Assembly (NCBI GenBank): GCA_012295275.1
Contig: CM022665.1
Location: 30,256,001-30,320,000, forward strand
Reading direction: 5' to 3'
Source: Chrysomallon squamiferum
Lineage: Eukaryota > Animalia > Mollusca
Length of the DNA: 64,000 nucleotides
Position 1 is the stretch's first letter, and each line of letters begins with the position of its first letter. The notes beneath the pieces are model-generated. The model was not told the DNA's origin and ran no database searches. It was given only the letters and a program-made list of their open reading frames with translations. This document shows, one piece after another, positions 12,585 through 26,900 of this stretch. The translations under genes were made by a program, and so were the position numbers.

Positions 12585-15500
12585 TGAATGATGTAATCAC
12601 TAAATAAGATCAATATTTTTTATAAGCTGGTGTTTATCCAAATTATTATTTGGAAAATGATTGATCCCTTAATGGCCGGGTATGACTTTTAATCCCATTC
12701 AAGTACTTACATGCCCTTGAGCAATACCTTAGAACCTTTTGTTGAGTTTATCAAGCATGTAAAGTTGACCTGCCTTATGTTAAGTATTTAAGAAGGGTAT
12801 TACTTTCAATATGTTTGGGGTTAATGGTCAACATTACTAAATCCTAAGACAGAAGTGAAGTTTGAGCAATGTCTCTTAGACATGCATAACCGTTAGAATT
12901 ACACTTTAGGTGTGATTTCTTTTCATTCCTCAAAAAAAAGGTGAATAGATTTTTTAATGACTTTTCATTCCTCAAAAGTAAAATAATGAGAAAAAATATG
13001 ATGTCACTTTTTGTTGGAATAGCAACCACTAAATTTCTGCAATTGTTTACTAAATATGCACTTTTCAGCACCACTAAATTTACACAAATGCAAGAAAACA
13101 GGAAAGCAACACTTACTCTTTCATTCATGTCATCATCGCAAAAATATAATGCTGTATAGTAAGTAAAAATATTAACATGACATCAATAATCATCATATGT
13201 TTCAATCTTACCCCTTCAAATGTATTCTTCTTCTCAGAAAGAAACAGTGGTCTGAATTCATCATCATCATCAATGTTGATCTCATCATCATCATCAATAA
13301 CAGGAACAGAAATATTCTGTAAAATATAAAGATATTCTGGTCAAACCACTATCATGGTACAAATTTACTTATCATGTTAATTTTATATATTACATAGGTT
13401 TCCAATATTAATACAAATTCACATTCTTGTTCTCCTTCTCTTGTCCTCTTTCCCTCTCTTTCTGTCTGTCTCACTCACTCACTCTCTGTACACACATACA
13501 CAAATACACACATACACAAAGTTTACCTGTGATCCTCCAGTCTGTTTTGATAACACAATAGTTTCTCGTCTTAGCTCTGACAATTCTTTTTGCAAAGAAT
13601 CTGCTTCATAAGTAAAGCGACGCAGGTCTGGAGAACAAATAAGAAAGAATAAATGCATTTGAGTAATTCTCTAAGTGGTTTTGTCTCAGAAATTATTCCT
13701 GTAATTATGTGCTATGAACATCCCCAATAACCTACCCATAACTATATTATTCATTTTCATTTATACTATTATTATAGTACCATTTAAATGTTTCTTTCTT
13801 CTTAAATATCAATTTATATATAAATATCGCTGTTTTTTTAAAGTTTTTACTGAATGAAGTTTTGAAGCCTTCATTAATAGTTATTCATAGCCTTGTATAA
13901 CACTTTATTTTATGTGAAACAAACTTACTAACAAAAAATATTTTGAGAAAATTAAGTAATGGTCTAGTAATTGGGTATGTTTAACAAAGAATGGTTTAAA
14001 TTTATAGAAGGCTAATATTCTTTTGTGTTTCAAACATACTGCTTGAATTTTATTCAGATTTTGCAGCTAAGTGAATTGCAACTGTGTGAAAAGCTGTTAA
14101 ATTCATTTCAGCTGAAGGTTGGTGTCAGCATAAAATTAATTAAATAATATATGCACACAATTAAGATAACACAATGGAAATATAATGTGAACCTGACAAC
14201 CATATGTTTTTAAAAATAATATTACACTGTAATGTGATACACTGACTAAGCAGGTGGTGTGCAATATAAAAATCATTTTAATTAATTTCAACACCTAGCT
14301 GTTAATGATATGCAACAACAATATTAATAAAAGCTATTTAGAATGTCTGTTTATTTTTTGAAATAATATAGCTTATTAATTGACAAAAATTATGTTTTTA
14401 AGCTCTGGCAATTTACATATAAATTAATTTTTTAAAGTTAAAAAAGACACTAACAATAAGAACAGTCTTTCAAATATCATGGCTTGTCAGTACTCCAAAA
14501 TCATAACATGGAAGAAGAAGCTTATGATAGCTACACAGTAGATAAGCAGCAAGGAATCCTTTATATCTAACATCACATACATATGTTAAAATTTAGAGGA
14601 TCAAAAGAATACTTATCACTCCCACCAAGCTAATAAAATCTTTTCTCAACTTGCAACAAAAATATTAAAAATAAAATAAAAAATTAATGTATTTGTGCAT
14701 AAATCTCACAGAATATTTCATTTCTATGTATTGGAAAATACAGTTTGTTATGTATCTGGGGTTTTCAAACTGATAAAAATTCAGTAATGGCAGATGCAAA
14801 AAGTAAAAGTGTATTTGTACAACCAGCCACTTAAAGAATAATAATCATCCACACCCAATCATCATTCTTTTTTGTAAAAATTTTAATTTTTAATTATACT
14901 TTTTTTAAATTTTGAAAACATTTAAGATATATATTTCAGTTTTCTGTAAAAATAAAAAGAGTATCTCAATATTGAAGCAAATAAAAAAATTAATAAATAA
15001 ATACACTTTATCAAGATTTGAAACATATACATTTCATCATTTCTGTCCATTATTTTAAGTTTCAAAATTTTATTTAACTTTTTCTTTTTTTATGTAAACT
15101 GAAATGGAATTAATATCTGAAACTGAAAGGAACATTTTCAATTTTTTCTTATCACAAACAAACAAACAAACAAACAACCCCAAAATATGTTATAGTGAAT
15201 AACTGAAGCAGAATGGAGTAAAAAATGATATAATAATAATAATTTCTTTTATCTATTAAACTATTAGTATTGCATTGTGTATAATATTTATGAATGACAA
15301 AAAACACTAATAATTAAATAATTCTTTTTGAACACATGCATTTTTCTTTTGATTTATTTATTAAAATTTCCAGTTTGAAAAAAATACTACTGGACTTTGT
15401 GAAAGTTAACAAAAATGATCCCGAAACAATTTGCTTCAATAAAAAAAAGAATTATTTAAAATGAGCCAACTGTTATATATACAAGTCTAAAAAAAATATA

Positions 15501-18500
15501 ATTAATCCAATTTTAAATTTTATTTATACTTCATTATAATTTTTAAAAAGTAATAATAATGATATTAATGTAATAAAATACTACCTACCAGAACAAGACA
15601 AATAATCCAACCACAAAATATTAAACTTGATATTTTCTACACAACTGTCATTCCAGTTCATCATTTAATTACGAAGAAAAACACATACTAATATAAAAAT
15701 AAATTTACTATATGTTTTTGTTTTATTTTTATTTACTCCTTATACATGTGGCCAGCAAATCCCTTAATAAAGTCTTTCTAAAATAAGATCCATTCAATTA
15801 ATCCTTGGAACACTTGATAACAAATCGGACTCTTTAAACTGAATAGAGAAAGACCGTGTTAATACACATAACAGTACTCGATGATAAAACACCAGGCTGT
15901 AAACTGTTATTACACTACAACGCTTGAGATTCAAAGATTGTGAAGCATGTCAACACAAGCTTATCTTCCACCTGAATGTTAACAGTTCAGGTGAATGGTC
16001 ACAAGGAGCTATCCTCTCCTTAGCACTCAAAGGAATCAAGGAACCCAATATTTTTTTCTTTAACCAATAGAATTCTTTCCCTAATAATCACACTTAGATA
16101 ATGTTGTAGATTACTGGACAGTAAACTTACATTTGTTCTTAAAAAACCAGAGATTATGTGAAAATGTTATTAATCTTTTTTTTTAATTATTATTTATTAC
16201 AACAACAAAACAAATAAATAAATAAATAAATAAAAACTATATATAAATATCATACTAACCTTTAAAAAAAAAAAAATAATAATAAAAAATTAATATATAG
16301 TTTATTTATATTTATTACTATCATTATTATTATTATTATTTTTTCACCTTTGCAATAAACTCTTTGCTGTTAACATAATAATTTTAGTATGTAAAATAAA
16401 ATTGTAAATTTTAAAAACTTTCTTAGTTAATTGCGTGGTAATATTTTATATGGTAAATAGTTTGTGGATTACAAAAAGAAACATTTGTATATTATTACAT
16501 TTGTAAAAGTAAGTAATCCAGCATGTTTTGATTTTAAAAAAAGAAGAAAAAAAGTGATATCTACAGACAAATGAAAGGGATATCTGGTTTATGATCACAT
16601 GAATTTAATATTTTACAACCTTTCAATTTTTTTTAAATTTCAATTATTTAATAGTGGGAAGCTGCTTTTATTTTTAGTTTCATTTAATATAGTAAATAAA
16701 ACAAATTATGTATATACAAATAAATTAAAGGGAAAAAAGAAAATAAAGAAACAAAATAATTTTAAAAAGGACTGAAAATAATTTCCATATTATACTTTAG
16801 CAATCTGTTCTTATTTTTCCTGATAGATTTTTCCAAGATAAATTTTTGATGACAGTTCAGTTCATAATAATGTAGGACTTATTAATAAAGATGTGAACAG
16901 ATAAGTTTTCTAATAAAGATGATCAATTTCTAAACATATAAAATTACCAACTTAATAAATTACCTGTATTATTATATCCCCATGTTATAGTATTTATCAC
17001 AACATGATGTCTATTTAATTCTGCAACACAGGTATAATCTATTGTGTCATTACAACAATATATTCTTTCAAAATATATTAAAAGTTCAACTTTGTACTGA
17101 TTGTAAACATATTTAAATAGAAAACAAAATATACTTTGTTAAGAAATAGGGTTAGGCCCTATTTGTAAATCTAAAACTATGTCAGACGTATTTCAAAGGC
17201 CAAACAACCCCCTACAACAAAATAACCACAACCCCCCCCAAAAAAAAACAACAACACAGAATTACTGTTCCAAGCTAACTGCACGAGTTACAAGAAAAAA
17301 CAAAATAATAATGAAAAAACATATCAAAGTACAAACAAGCAATTGTTGAAGACTAGGCTAACAGGTGGGTATCTGATTAAATTCTTCCATGTGATAAATC
17401 AGTGCTCTTCTTTCAGAACACAATCCCCCACTGAGAGACAATTAAAACTAGCTTATTTAACTCAAATACATTTAACAGCATTGTACGTTGCTTAATTTCT
17501 GTTTAATGCTTAGAAAATTAACAGTGTCAGTAAAATAACTAAAGGTGTTTATTTCAATAAAAGGTTTGAAATTTATTCTGTTATTAAAACTAAATTAGAC
17601 TCTGATTTGTTTTGAGGTTTTGGAAGTTTTTTTTTCATGAAGGTGTTGATTTGTTTGGCTTGTTTGTTTGCTTTATTGGATTATTTTTTTTATTTTTATT
17701 TTTTTTCATTTTTTGTGTGTGTATTTTTTTAAAATTATTATCATTATCATTATTATTATTATTGTTTAACTAGGAGTTCCAATTAAATTATTTAATTTCT
17801 AAAAATGACATTATTGTAATGAAAACATTTGCCATTTTACACATGAAGATAAAATAGAATAATAATAAAATAAAATAAGCAAAACATTTAACCTGAATAA
17901 GGACTAATATCACATTTCCTGAATTAATTAATCATTTTGAAATTTTTATCACTGTCTTAATTTTATACTGGTTTTCCAATATAGACTGAACAGAAGAGTA
18001 ACACTCTCTGTTTGTTGAATTTGCATCTAAAACTAGACAGAATCAGATTATACAGAGGTTTGTTGAAAAACATAAATGGAAGCTGACACAGTTTTGACAG
18101 TGTATTGGTTTACAAAAAAAATATGATACAGTGAATGTGACAGTAGATACGTCTTTAAAAATTAAAAAAATAAATAAAATGACACTGAGGTCCCAAAATA
18201 AAGAACGGTTTCATGCCTAAGTTTTTCTTTGACAATAATAAATAATGAAAAGCTTGTATATTTAGCAAGTTGAAACAGTCACTTCAGCTGAAAAACTACT
18301 CAAAAGATCTCCGTAAGTGTTCAGAAATAAAGGCAATATCAATAAAAGAAAGGGGATTATAATTGTTTATTATAGTCCCTACAAAAATTTAACATTTTTT
18401 TTTCTTTATGCATGATAGTTTTCAGTTTTTGCTGTATCTGACAGATGCTTCTACAGTCATAAGGTGTGTAAATTAAAATTATTATTTATTAGTTCTAGAA

Positions 18501-20891
18501 ATGTAGATGGTATATTTCTTTCTTTCTTTATTCTTCTTCCTTTTTATTATTGTTATTTTGTTAACTTATATAATATTTATAGATTACCTTGATAAAACTT
18601 GTTCAAGTCACAAATTTTAACATAACTTTTCCAAGCATTAAAACCATGAGTATAAATAATACCCATCATTTCGAAAAAAATTAAATTACATTCATTCTTA
18701 ATACCTTTTTAGAAATGAACATTAATAACGTATTTACTCCAGATCACCAGAAAACAATACTGAACAGTCACTATTAGAGTCTATACAGAAACAGTCAAAC
18801 TTAAAATTAAATATATTCAATAAAGGTAACCAGTACAGAGAAAATATCACATAAGTTTATAAACATGTGATTTGATGGGGATTGTGTGCCTGTCATTTTC
18901 TTTGGCTGGTACCAGAAAAGTAAAAAAAAAAAAAAAATTAAAATTAAAACATTTTAAAAATTAAAAATTAAAATTCCTTAAAAATAAAAAAAATAAAATT
19001 CCTTAAAAATAAATCATAATAGAAAATATATCAGTTAGTTAATACAAAGTTAGTCAAAAGTTTAAAATTTTATATTATAACAAACAATAATAATAATTAA
19101 TAAAGAAAAATAAAGAAATAAAGAAATAAAAATGAATAAAAATGCCAGTGTAACATTATATCTATGAGGATTAGAAGAAACAGAAGAATTAAATAGGTTA
19201 TATTATCATTCACATATTTTATTCTGCACACAGAGCAGTTAAACAAAAATTTTAATACTGCAAAGTATGATAAATATACCATAATCACTGTAAAACACTA
19301 TCATGTTTTCAAGTTTCAAGGTTGCGGTACGTTTGAGTGAAATAAACAGCAGAATAAACGTGGGCATTATAAGGAATGTTTTGAATGGAATTGCACATCA
19401 AAAATTTGATTAATATGTTCAACATGTCAGTTAAAAGATTAAATCACAAAGATAAAGCTGTGGGGTCATCTAAGGCTCTAAATTGAATCATTTACATGAA
19501 GACAAGTAACACCACAGACGTAATCCATTAATGACAAATAACTGCTAAAGGAACCAAGTCAGGCAAAATGACAGTTCACCAATTAATGGATTTACAACAA
19601 TTTTTTTCTTTATTTGCTGAAGAAAGACCTCCTACTAGTTGCACAAAATCCTTTAATCTGTTGTGTATACAAGACCTAATGGCTTTTGTCTAAATAATGT
19701 CAGGCAGAATAACTTGGGGTTAGGAACAGATGGAAGAGAAAAGGGTTAAGTAACTGTGAATGAACTTGTATGTCAGTTGTTAGTTGCAGTGGAATGAGTA
19801 TAATCTACTAGATTTACTGTTAAACCGACTATTAAAACTGTACTAGTTAGATGCATAAGAGGTATAAAGATTCAAAACAAAGCCATTGTCAAATATTATA
19901 TATTTTTCAACACTAATAAAGAACATGTCTATGTTTTTTATTTTGTCTGTAAAGAGTGCCTTTGGAATTATAATTTTTTGCTTCTAAGAAAGAAAGAGAG
20001 CAAAAATGTCTTTAGATAATAAATTTCGCTATGTTCTGTTTTCTCAAATTTTTGGAAGTAGCTGATTGGAATAAATTGGTTTTTCTTGGGTTCTATTTTA
20101 AATTTTTACTTGCATACAGGATGCTGATGGAAGACAACATTTATAATTATTTACCATATTTTTGGCTAACACAATAATTTAAAAAATAAATAAGACATGG
20201 CAAATGATTTAGTACTGAATGTACAGAAATATACCATAAAGCAAATTTTACTGTTTATAAATTACTGTTCATTTAGCATATTATATAAATTTAAACTATG
20301 TCCACTTAAGTCTAATTAAGTTGATCACATATTTTCATATCACTGACGGAAGTCAAAAGATCCAGTTCTAAAAACTGAGTTACAGTGTTTTAAAGATATT
20401 AAACAAAAATTGTCAATCATAAATGTCAAAAGAAATACAACACAAATCCAATAGATTTTGAAAAAAAAAAAAAAATGTGTACTTAGTAATTTATTCTTTT
20501 GTAATGTGACTAGAAAATATTTGTCATTTCTGGTGCATATCAAGCAGGACAAAACTAAAGAAAAAACTGTTACATGTGTGTGCTTGTAAAGTACAAAGTG
20601 CAGTATTTTATTCTTGGGTAATGATAACATCTGTAGCAGTAACTGTTTCATGTATGTTCATGAAAGGTATGAATGTGTCAGATGCAATACAACCCCTATT
20701 CAAAACTAAAGAAATAGCTAGAGACAACACAACAGATTAAAACCAAAAATAACTTCATCTGCATACAATTACACACACCAGATCTTATGATTTTATTTCT
20801 GATGCAATATTATCCAGGCAGAAACCTGTATATATAACCAGGGTATATAATTATGCAGGTATACATTATAAAGAATAGGATTATATTTATG

Positions 20892-20933
<42 letters not shown>

Positions 20934-23900
20934 AAAGAATAATAAAGATTAATGTTCTTCCAGATATATATTAACTGTTTTAAAAGACAAAATCCTACCT
21001 TGTTCTGCTTCAAACTGTTTGATCTCAAGTTGTGTTTTTACAATGTTGCCCTGTTCAGCTCTCTGTGCCCAGCGTCCTCTTGGCTGTACTGCTTCGTCTT
21101 TAGACTCAGAACTGTCTGTACTTCCATCACCAATCTGACAAAGAAAATACATTTTTAACTAAGATATAAACTAAATTATGAGGCATTATAAGTAATACAT
21201 TAATTATAACCAAGAGAAAAATAAATCATTAACACTAAAAATAGTTTATTAAAAAATAATAACCTACCTCATGAAATAAAAAATAAATTGTAACTTTTTT
21301 GTCTATAAATCAAGCTTTAAAAATAATTTACTATATTGTGCGGTAAATAATATGTTAAAAAGTTTTTGTGTGTTTTCTTTAATCATCTTTATAACACTTG
21401 ATTATCATTATCACTTGTTTGTTCAATGACACTAAGTTGAATAACACTATGATTTATATGGCATTTTATATTTAAATTTTGGAATTTTTCAAAAAGATTA
21501 TATCTTTGATTACCTTAGCCTTAGCCCAGTTTGGTAGCTGCCCGACACTGAATCTAAAATTGAGGTTTGGTTCCTTTGTTACTTCCACTTCTTGTTCTTC
21601 TTTATCTAACATGCCTATCACTTCAGAAGGAGGTTTGAACTGGTTCACAGGAAACTCATCTTGTAAATGATCTACATGGTCCAGCATTACCGGATTTGGA
21701 ATGATTGAAGTTTCTCTTCTATTACTTAGAAGAAAAAAAAGAAGGAAAAAAATAAAAGAAAAAAAAGAAAGTGATGAAAATGTTTTATATTTTTCTGATT
21801 ATCAACTGTATTTTGAATAATAATATAAAGAAAATTTCTGTGGCTCATAAATATTAAAATTTAATATAAATTTTTTTTATTTATTTTTTTGTTTTAAATA
21901 TTGAATTCAAAACTATTTTATCAAAACCAAAAACAAATATTATTATTTCTTTACTGACCCCATTTAAGATTTCATATGTGCTTTTCCAGTATACTGTCTC
22001 TTCATTCATATAAACATCATACATTTTTTTTTTTTTTAATAAACACTGATACTAAAATTTGTTAAAGTGTCTTTAAATAAATATTAATTAGTTAATTATT
22101 GCATACTGTTATTACCTGAGATCATTAGTAAACTGTGCCTCTTTTGGTACCTTTCCCATTTCTTCAAGTCGGTCTTTCATGTTTTTAGTTAAATCTAATG
22201 GAAGACGCCATATGAAAACACACCTGTTAAAAAAAAACTTTAGTACTAGATATTTATTCAGACAACTATATCTGTGTCAGCTGAATGTGATGAATTAATA
22301 GATACTGTGTACATCTATAGATGTATGGTAAAAAATATTTTAAAATTAATATTTTTTAGTGACAGCACCTGAATTGTTAGTAATTCAAAGTGTAAAACAT
22401 CTGGAAGATTGCATTATTCTGTACTTATATGTCAAATGACTACTATAAAGGAACTGATTAAATCAGTATTTGTTAATTCTTTTCTAATAATTTATTTTGT
22501 TTGTTTTTATTTGTATCTAACAAAATAAAAACTTAACTTTTTTGCAATTGGGTAAACTGCTGAAAAAAATGTTTCTGTAGATAAAAAGCATTTAACGACC
22601 TTTCTAACTGACCAAGCTTGGAAGCAAACTATGTCACAGCTAATATGACAAATGTGTTGTGTATGACAAATCTGTGTATTTCATAATGAAAACATCTGGA
22701 TTCTACTTACCCATCAGCTGAGACAGATATGACATGTTTGAGATCATTCATGAACATGATGCCGGTAATGCTTTCAGAATGTCCATACATGGTGGCAATG
22801 AGTTCTCCTGTGTAGAAGTCTATGATGCACATGTTTTTGTCTGTACAGCTGGTGATGCAGTAAGAACCAGATGGATCAAGCTGCAAGCGCCACAAAATGC
22901 CATCATCTCCCACTGATCCACGGTAATGTTTCTTCTGCTTGGCAGTGCATATATTGTATATCCTGTTAATATATTTAATTAGAAAAACCATAATCTCATG
23001 ATCAGTTACTGAAAGTAAATATCAATGTTAACATGGGGACAACAGAAACACTAACATTTTTAACAACAATAAAATGATTAACATCTGTTTTGCTAAAATG
23101 AACAAGTTTTATTGGCCTTCTTTGTTACCCCAGTTATTACTAATAATGAAAGGTGCACACCTAACATTTCTGTCATTGCATGCTGTTGCTACAAACTTCT
23201 TCGTGGGGTCTACTACCATGTCATACAGTGTTGTCTTGCTAACAAGATGTTGATCAAGAGTGAACTGGAAATCTGGACTCTAATAATAAAAACAACAAAA
23301 TACTTGTAAATCCTGTAAAATATTAAGGAATTCTAAATTAAAAAAAATATATATATACATTTGTGAAATAAAATGATAAATTTATTACGATCTGCTACTG
23401 ATACAGTACTATTTGAAAATTCCTTCTTGTAGTATTAATTTGTACTCTGTATGGACGTACATTTTATCATAGACAAAACTATACAATAATTCTTATTTAA
23501 TATTTATTATGTACAAATGAAGAACATAAACACAAAACAACCATGAAATAAAGATCAACAACAGTACTGTGTCAAAACATTTTATTTAGAACATGAAACT
23601 GATTAAAACGTTTATTTACCGAAGTAGCATTTCTAAATAACAGAGATTTGTCAGCACCACAGCTAAGCATTTTCAGTTTGTTGTCAAGCTGTGTAAACCT
23701 CACAGAACTGACTGAGGCTGAGTGGTCAGCTAAAGTCTGCAGAATGCCATAACCTTGTTCAACATCATAAACATGAATCAATCTGTCACGACTAGCTGAG
23801 GCAAGAATCTTTGGACCTAAATACAAATAAAACAAAATATTATTCTAAACTGCAGATAAATCAAATCAAAGATTTCTACAAACCATTTATAACAAAAATA

Positions 23901-26900
23901 CTGTTAATCTACTACACTGAAATAGTGACAAATTTGTTCATTTTAAAAAAAAACCCACAAAACACAAACATCTTGAACTATTGCATCAATAAGTAATAAG
24001 TAAATACTTATAGAGAAAAAAAATTCTGTTTATTTAAGCAAGTGCATGTGTTTTCATTTCTTTCAGGAAGGAACAAATAAAAATGTGTTCAACAGATTAC
24101 AATTACAGCAAGAAAATAATTTCATAATGTTATTATTTAAGGTGGTATGGAAATTAAATAAATTTACCAAGTTTAGAAAATGAGTATTCTAGACACAGGA
24201 CATCTCCTTCGTGGGCTTCAATCATGCTTATCTCATCCATGAAGCTGACATCATATATTCTTTAAAAAAATAAAATAATTAAAGTCACACTTCATTTTTC
24301 AGTATAAGTATTTAAAAGCATTTAGAACTAGATGCATAAACAATCCATTAAAATTAAATATCAATGTACAAAAACACAAACATAGCATTATCCATAGATT
24401 AAAAAATAAGATATTCATAAATAAAGAAGTTTTTTTCATTTTTATTTAATCTTCAAAAAGTGTAAACTGCAGCAAATAAATAAATTCTTTGACAAGAAGT
24501 GTTCAATATAATGCCTGCTGAGCCAGGTACAAATTCAATGAACAACCAGAAACTACCAACAAAACATTTTCTAACATACCTAACATTGCCAACATGATCT
24601 CCACAAGCCAAATGCTGACCATCTGGACTTACACGAAGAGATCGAATGCCATTTTTGCCATCATATTTTGTATCTGTTTTATCTGTAGCTCCAGCTAAAT
24701 TAAAATAAAATAATATAGAATAGAATATTAAAATAAATTTAAAAAAAAAAAATCACAGTAATAATAAAAATAATAAATAAAAAGTAGATTAATAATGATA
24801 ATAATAATAATAATAAAATGAATAAAGGCTCTATGTACATTACACTGCATTAAAGACTCAACATTTATGTATATTAGTCAATGTTATCAGCAGCTGCTAC
24901 ATTAAGAATCTAGATACATATTTATATATTTATCCATAAATTGCAATTGTTAGTTGGCAAAATATGATGTGTAAAACAAATTTATATATGAATATATTAA
25001 GAAATAATACTTTACCTGGATTATAATCAACATCACAAAGGAATGTGTAATTTGGATCTGTATATATTATCTTGAGTAATTCCTGCAGAACAATAAAATT
25101 TAATAATAAAAATTTAATGCTATTTAATTTAAATGGCTTTACTAAATATTATGATTATTTTAAACAAATTGTTTTAATATATGTTTTTTTAAATTATGTT
25201 TTCTGTTAAAAAACAGAACTTTAAATAACACTAATTACCATTGATAAATTAGAACCTTTACATCTGGTATGCATATATCTTTACTTATGTACTTATATTT
25301 ATGTGACATTAAAATTATTCAAAACAAAAATCTTAACTGTTTGCTTTAAAACAAGTATGAAAATGGGGAATAAAATTGGTTTGGTAAAAGTAAATTAAGA
25401 ACTGTCATGGAAAATTTAACAAAAGAGTAAACCGTCACTAACACTGCTGTAAATGTTTCTGGTGTAATTTGGTTTCTCGGACATGTGTGGATCTAGGTTC
25501 CAAACACGGATTGTGTCATCATTTGACCCAGTAATGAATGATGCTGCTGGCAAAGGAGCACTATCATCATCATCATCAGGTGCAGGATATTTCTGTAGAC
25601 AAAAAAAACCCCCAAAAACAACATGTATGATTGGGTTTTTGTGATTTATTTATGTAAATGTCTACATTTTGATATAAAACATGAGGGAAAAGGTAAATAT
25701 TAAACATCCAAATGTTCTAAAATACATAAAAAGAATTTATAAACATTCTGAATGAGTATTAATTTTCTATACAGTATTTTTGTTGCTTTATAAATAATTC
25801 TTCATGTCAAATGATTTTTATGTTTTAAATGGAGACTTTTAAATTTTATTTATAATGCTATTATAATGTAATCAAAAGCTATTCAGATTTACCTCCAAAC
25901 TCCAGATACAAGAACTGTGAAAAAGAAAAGACCATGCTTTTCCAATTTTCTTTATGTTGTGCACATCCCAGATATATAGACTGTGATCATTGTAAATACA
26001 TGTCAACTGAAATAAATAATAGTAAAATAAATTAAATTATGATAATTTTATATTATAAAACTGTTTTAAAGTTATATTTCTAAACAATTAACTGATAAAA
26101 TATTAAGAAATGACAAATTCATTAGAATACTAATATTTAAAATGACTGAACTGTCACAGTAAATATGGTTTCTCATGCAGAAAGAAATTTTATGCAAAAT
26201 TTCACAATTACCTTTTTATGATTGCCATCATAAGATACTGCTAATGTATCTGGAAACTTTACATCTTCTTTTGGAAAAATTACTTGGCTGAAAAAAATTA
26301 AAGAACACCATTAATACTACATTACTACTACTGTTACTAATACTAAAAAATAAAAGAAATAGAAATAAATATACAGATAATTATAAAACTGAAGGGAGAC
26401 AATTCATTTCAGCACAAATATTTTATCCACAGTTATTTCTTTTTAAAATAAATTATGTATGAACTGCAGAGTTTAAAGTTAACTGAAACATTACTGTAAA
26501 TTTCAAAAACTTACTTTGGATTAGTAGCTGATGCGATATCAACTCCAAGACTGTGAGGATGAGGTAGAGTTGCCTCGAAATGTAGTGTCAGTGCATTGAA
26601 CACTCGGACAATCCCATCAGAACAACCAATAAAAATATGATTGTCACCAACAGCTACTGAATTAGCATGTTTAGCCTGTAAATGAACAAAATCAAAATAC
26701 AGTCAATACAATTTGGAAATAATCTTTAAAAAAATGAATAACCCTCAGCAGAAAATGAATTTGATTAATTTTCGTATGTGGTATTATAATTATTTGGCTT
26801 CAACTTTCTGTAATGGATATATATATATATATATTTTTTTTTTATTATATTAACACACAATTAAAACTCAAACATTTTTGAATTAAGCAGTTCAAAAACT

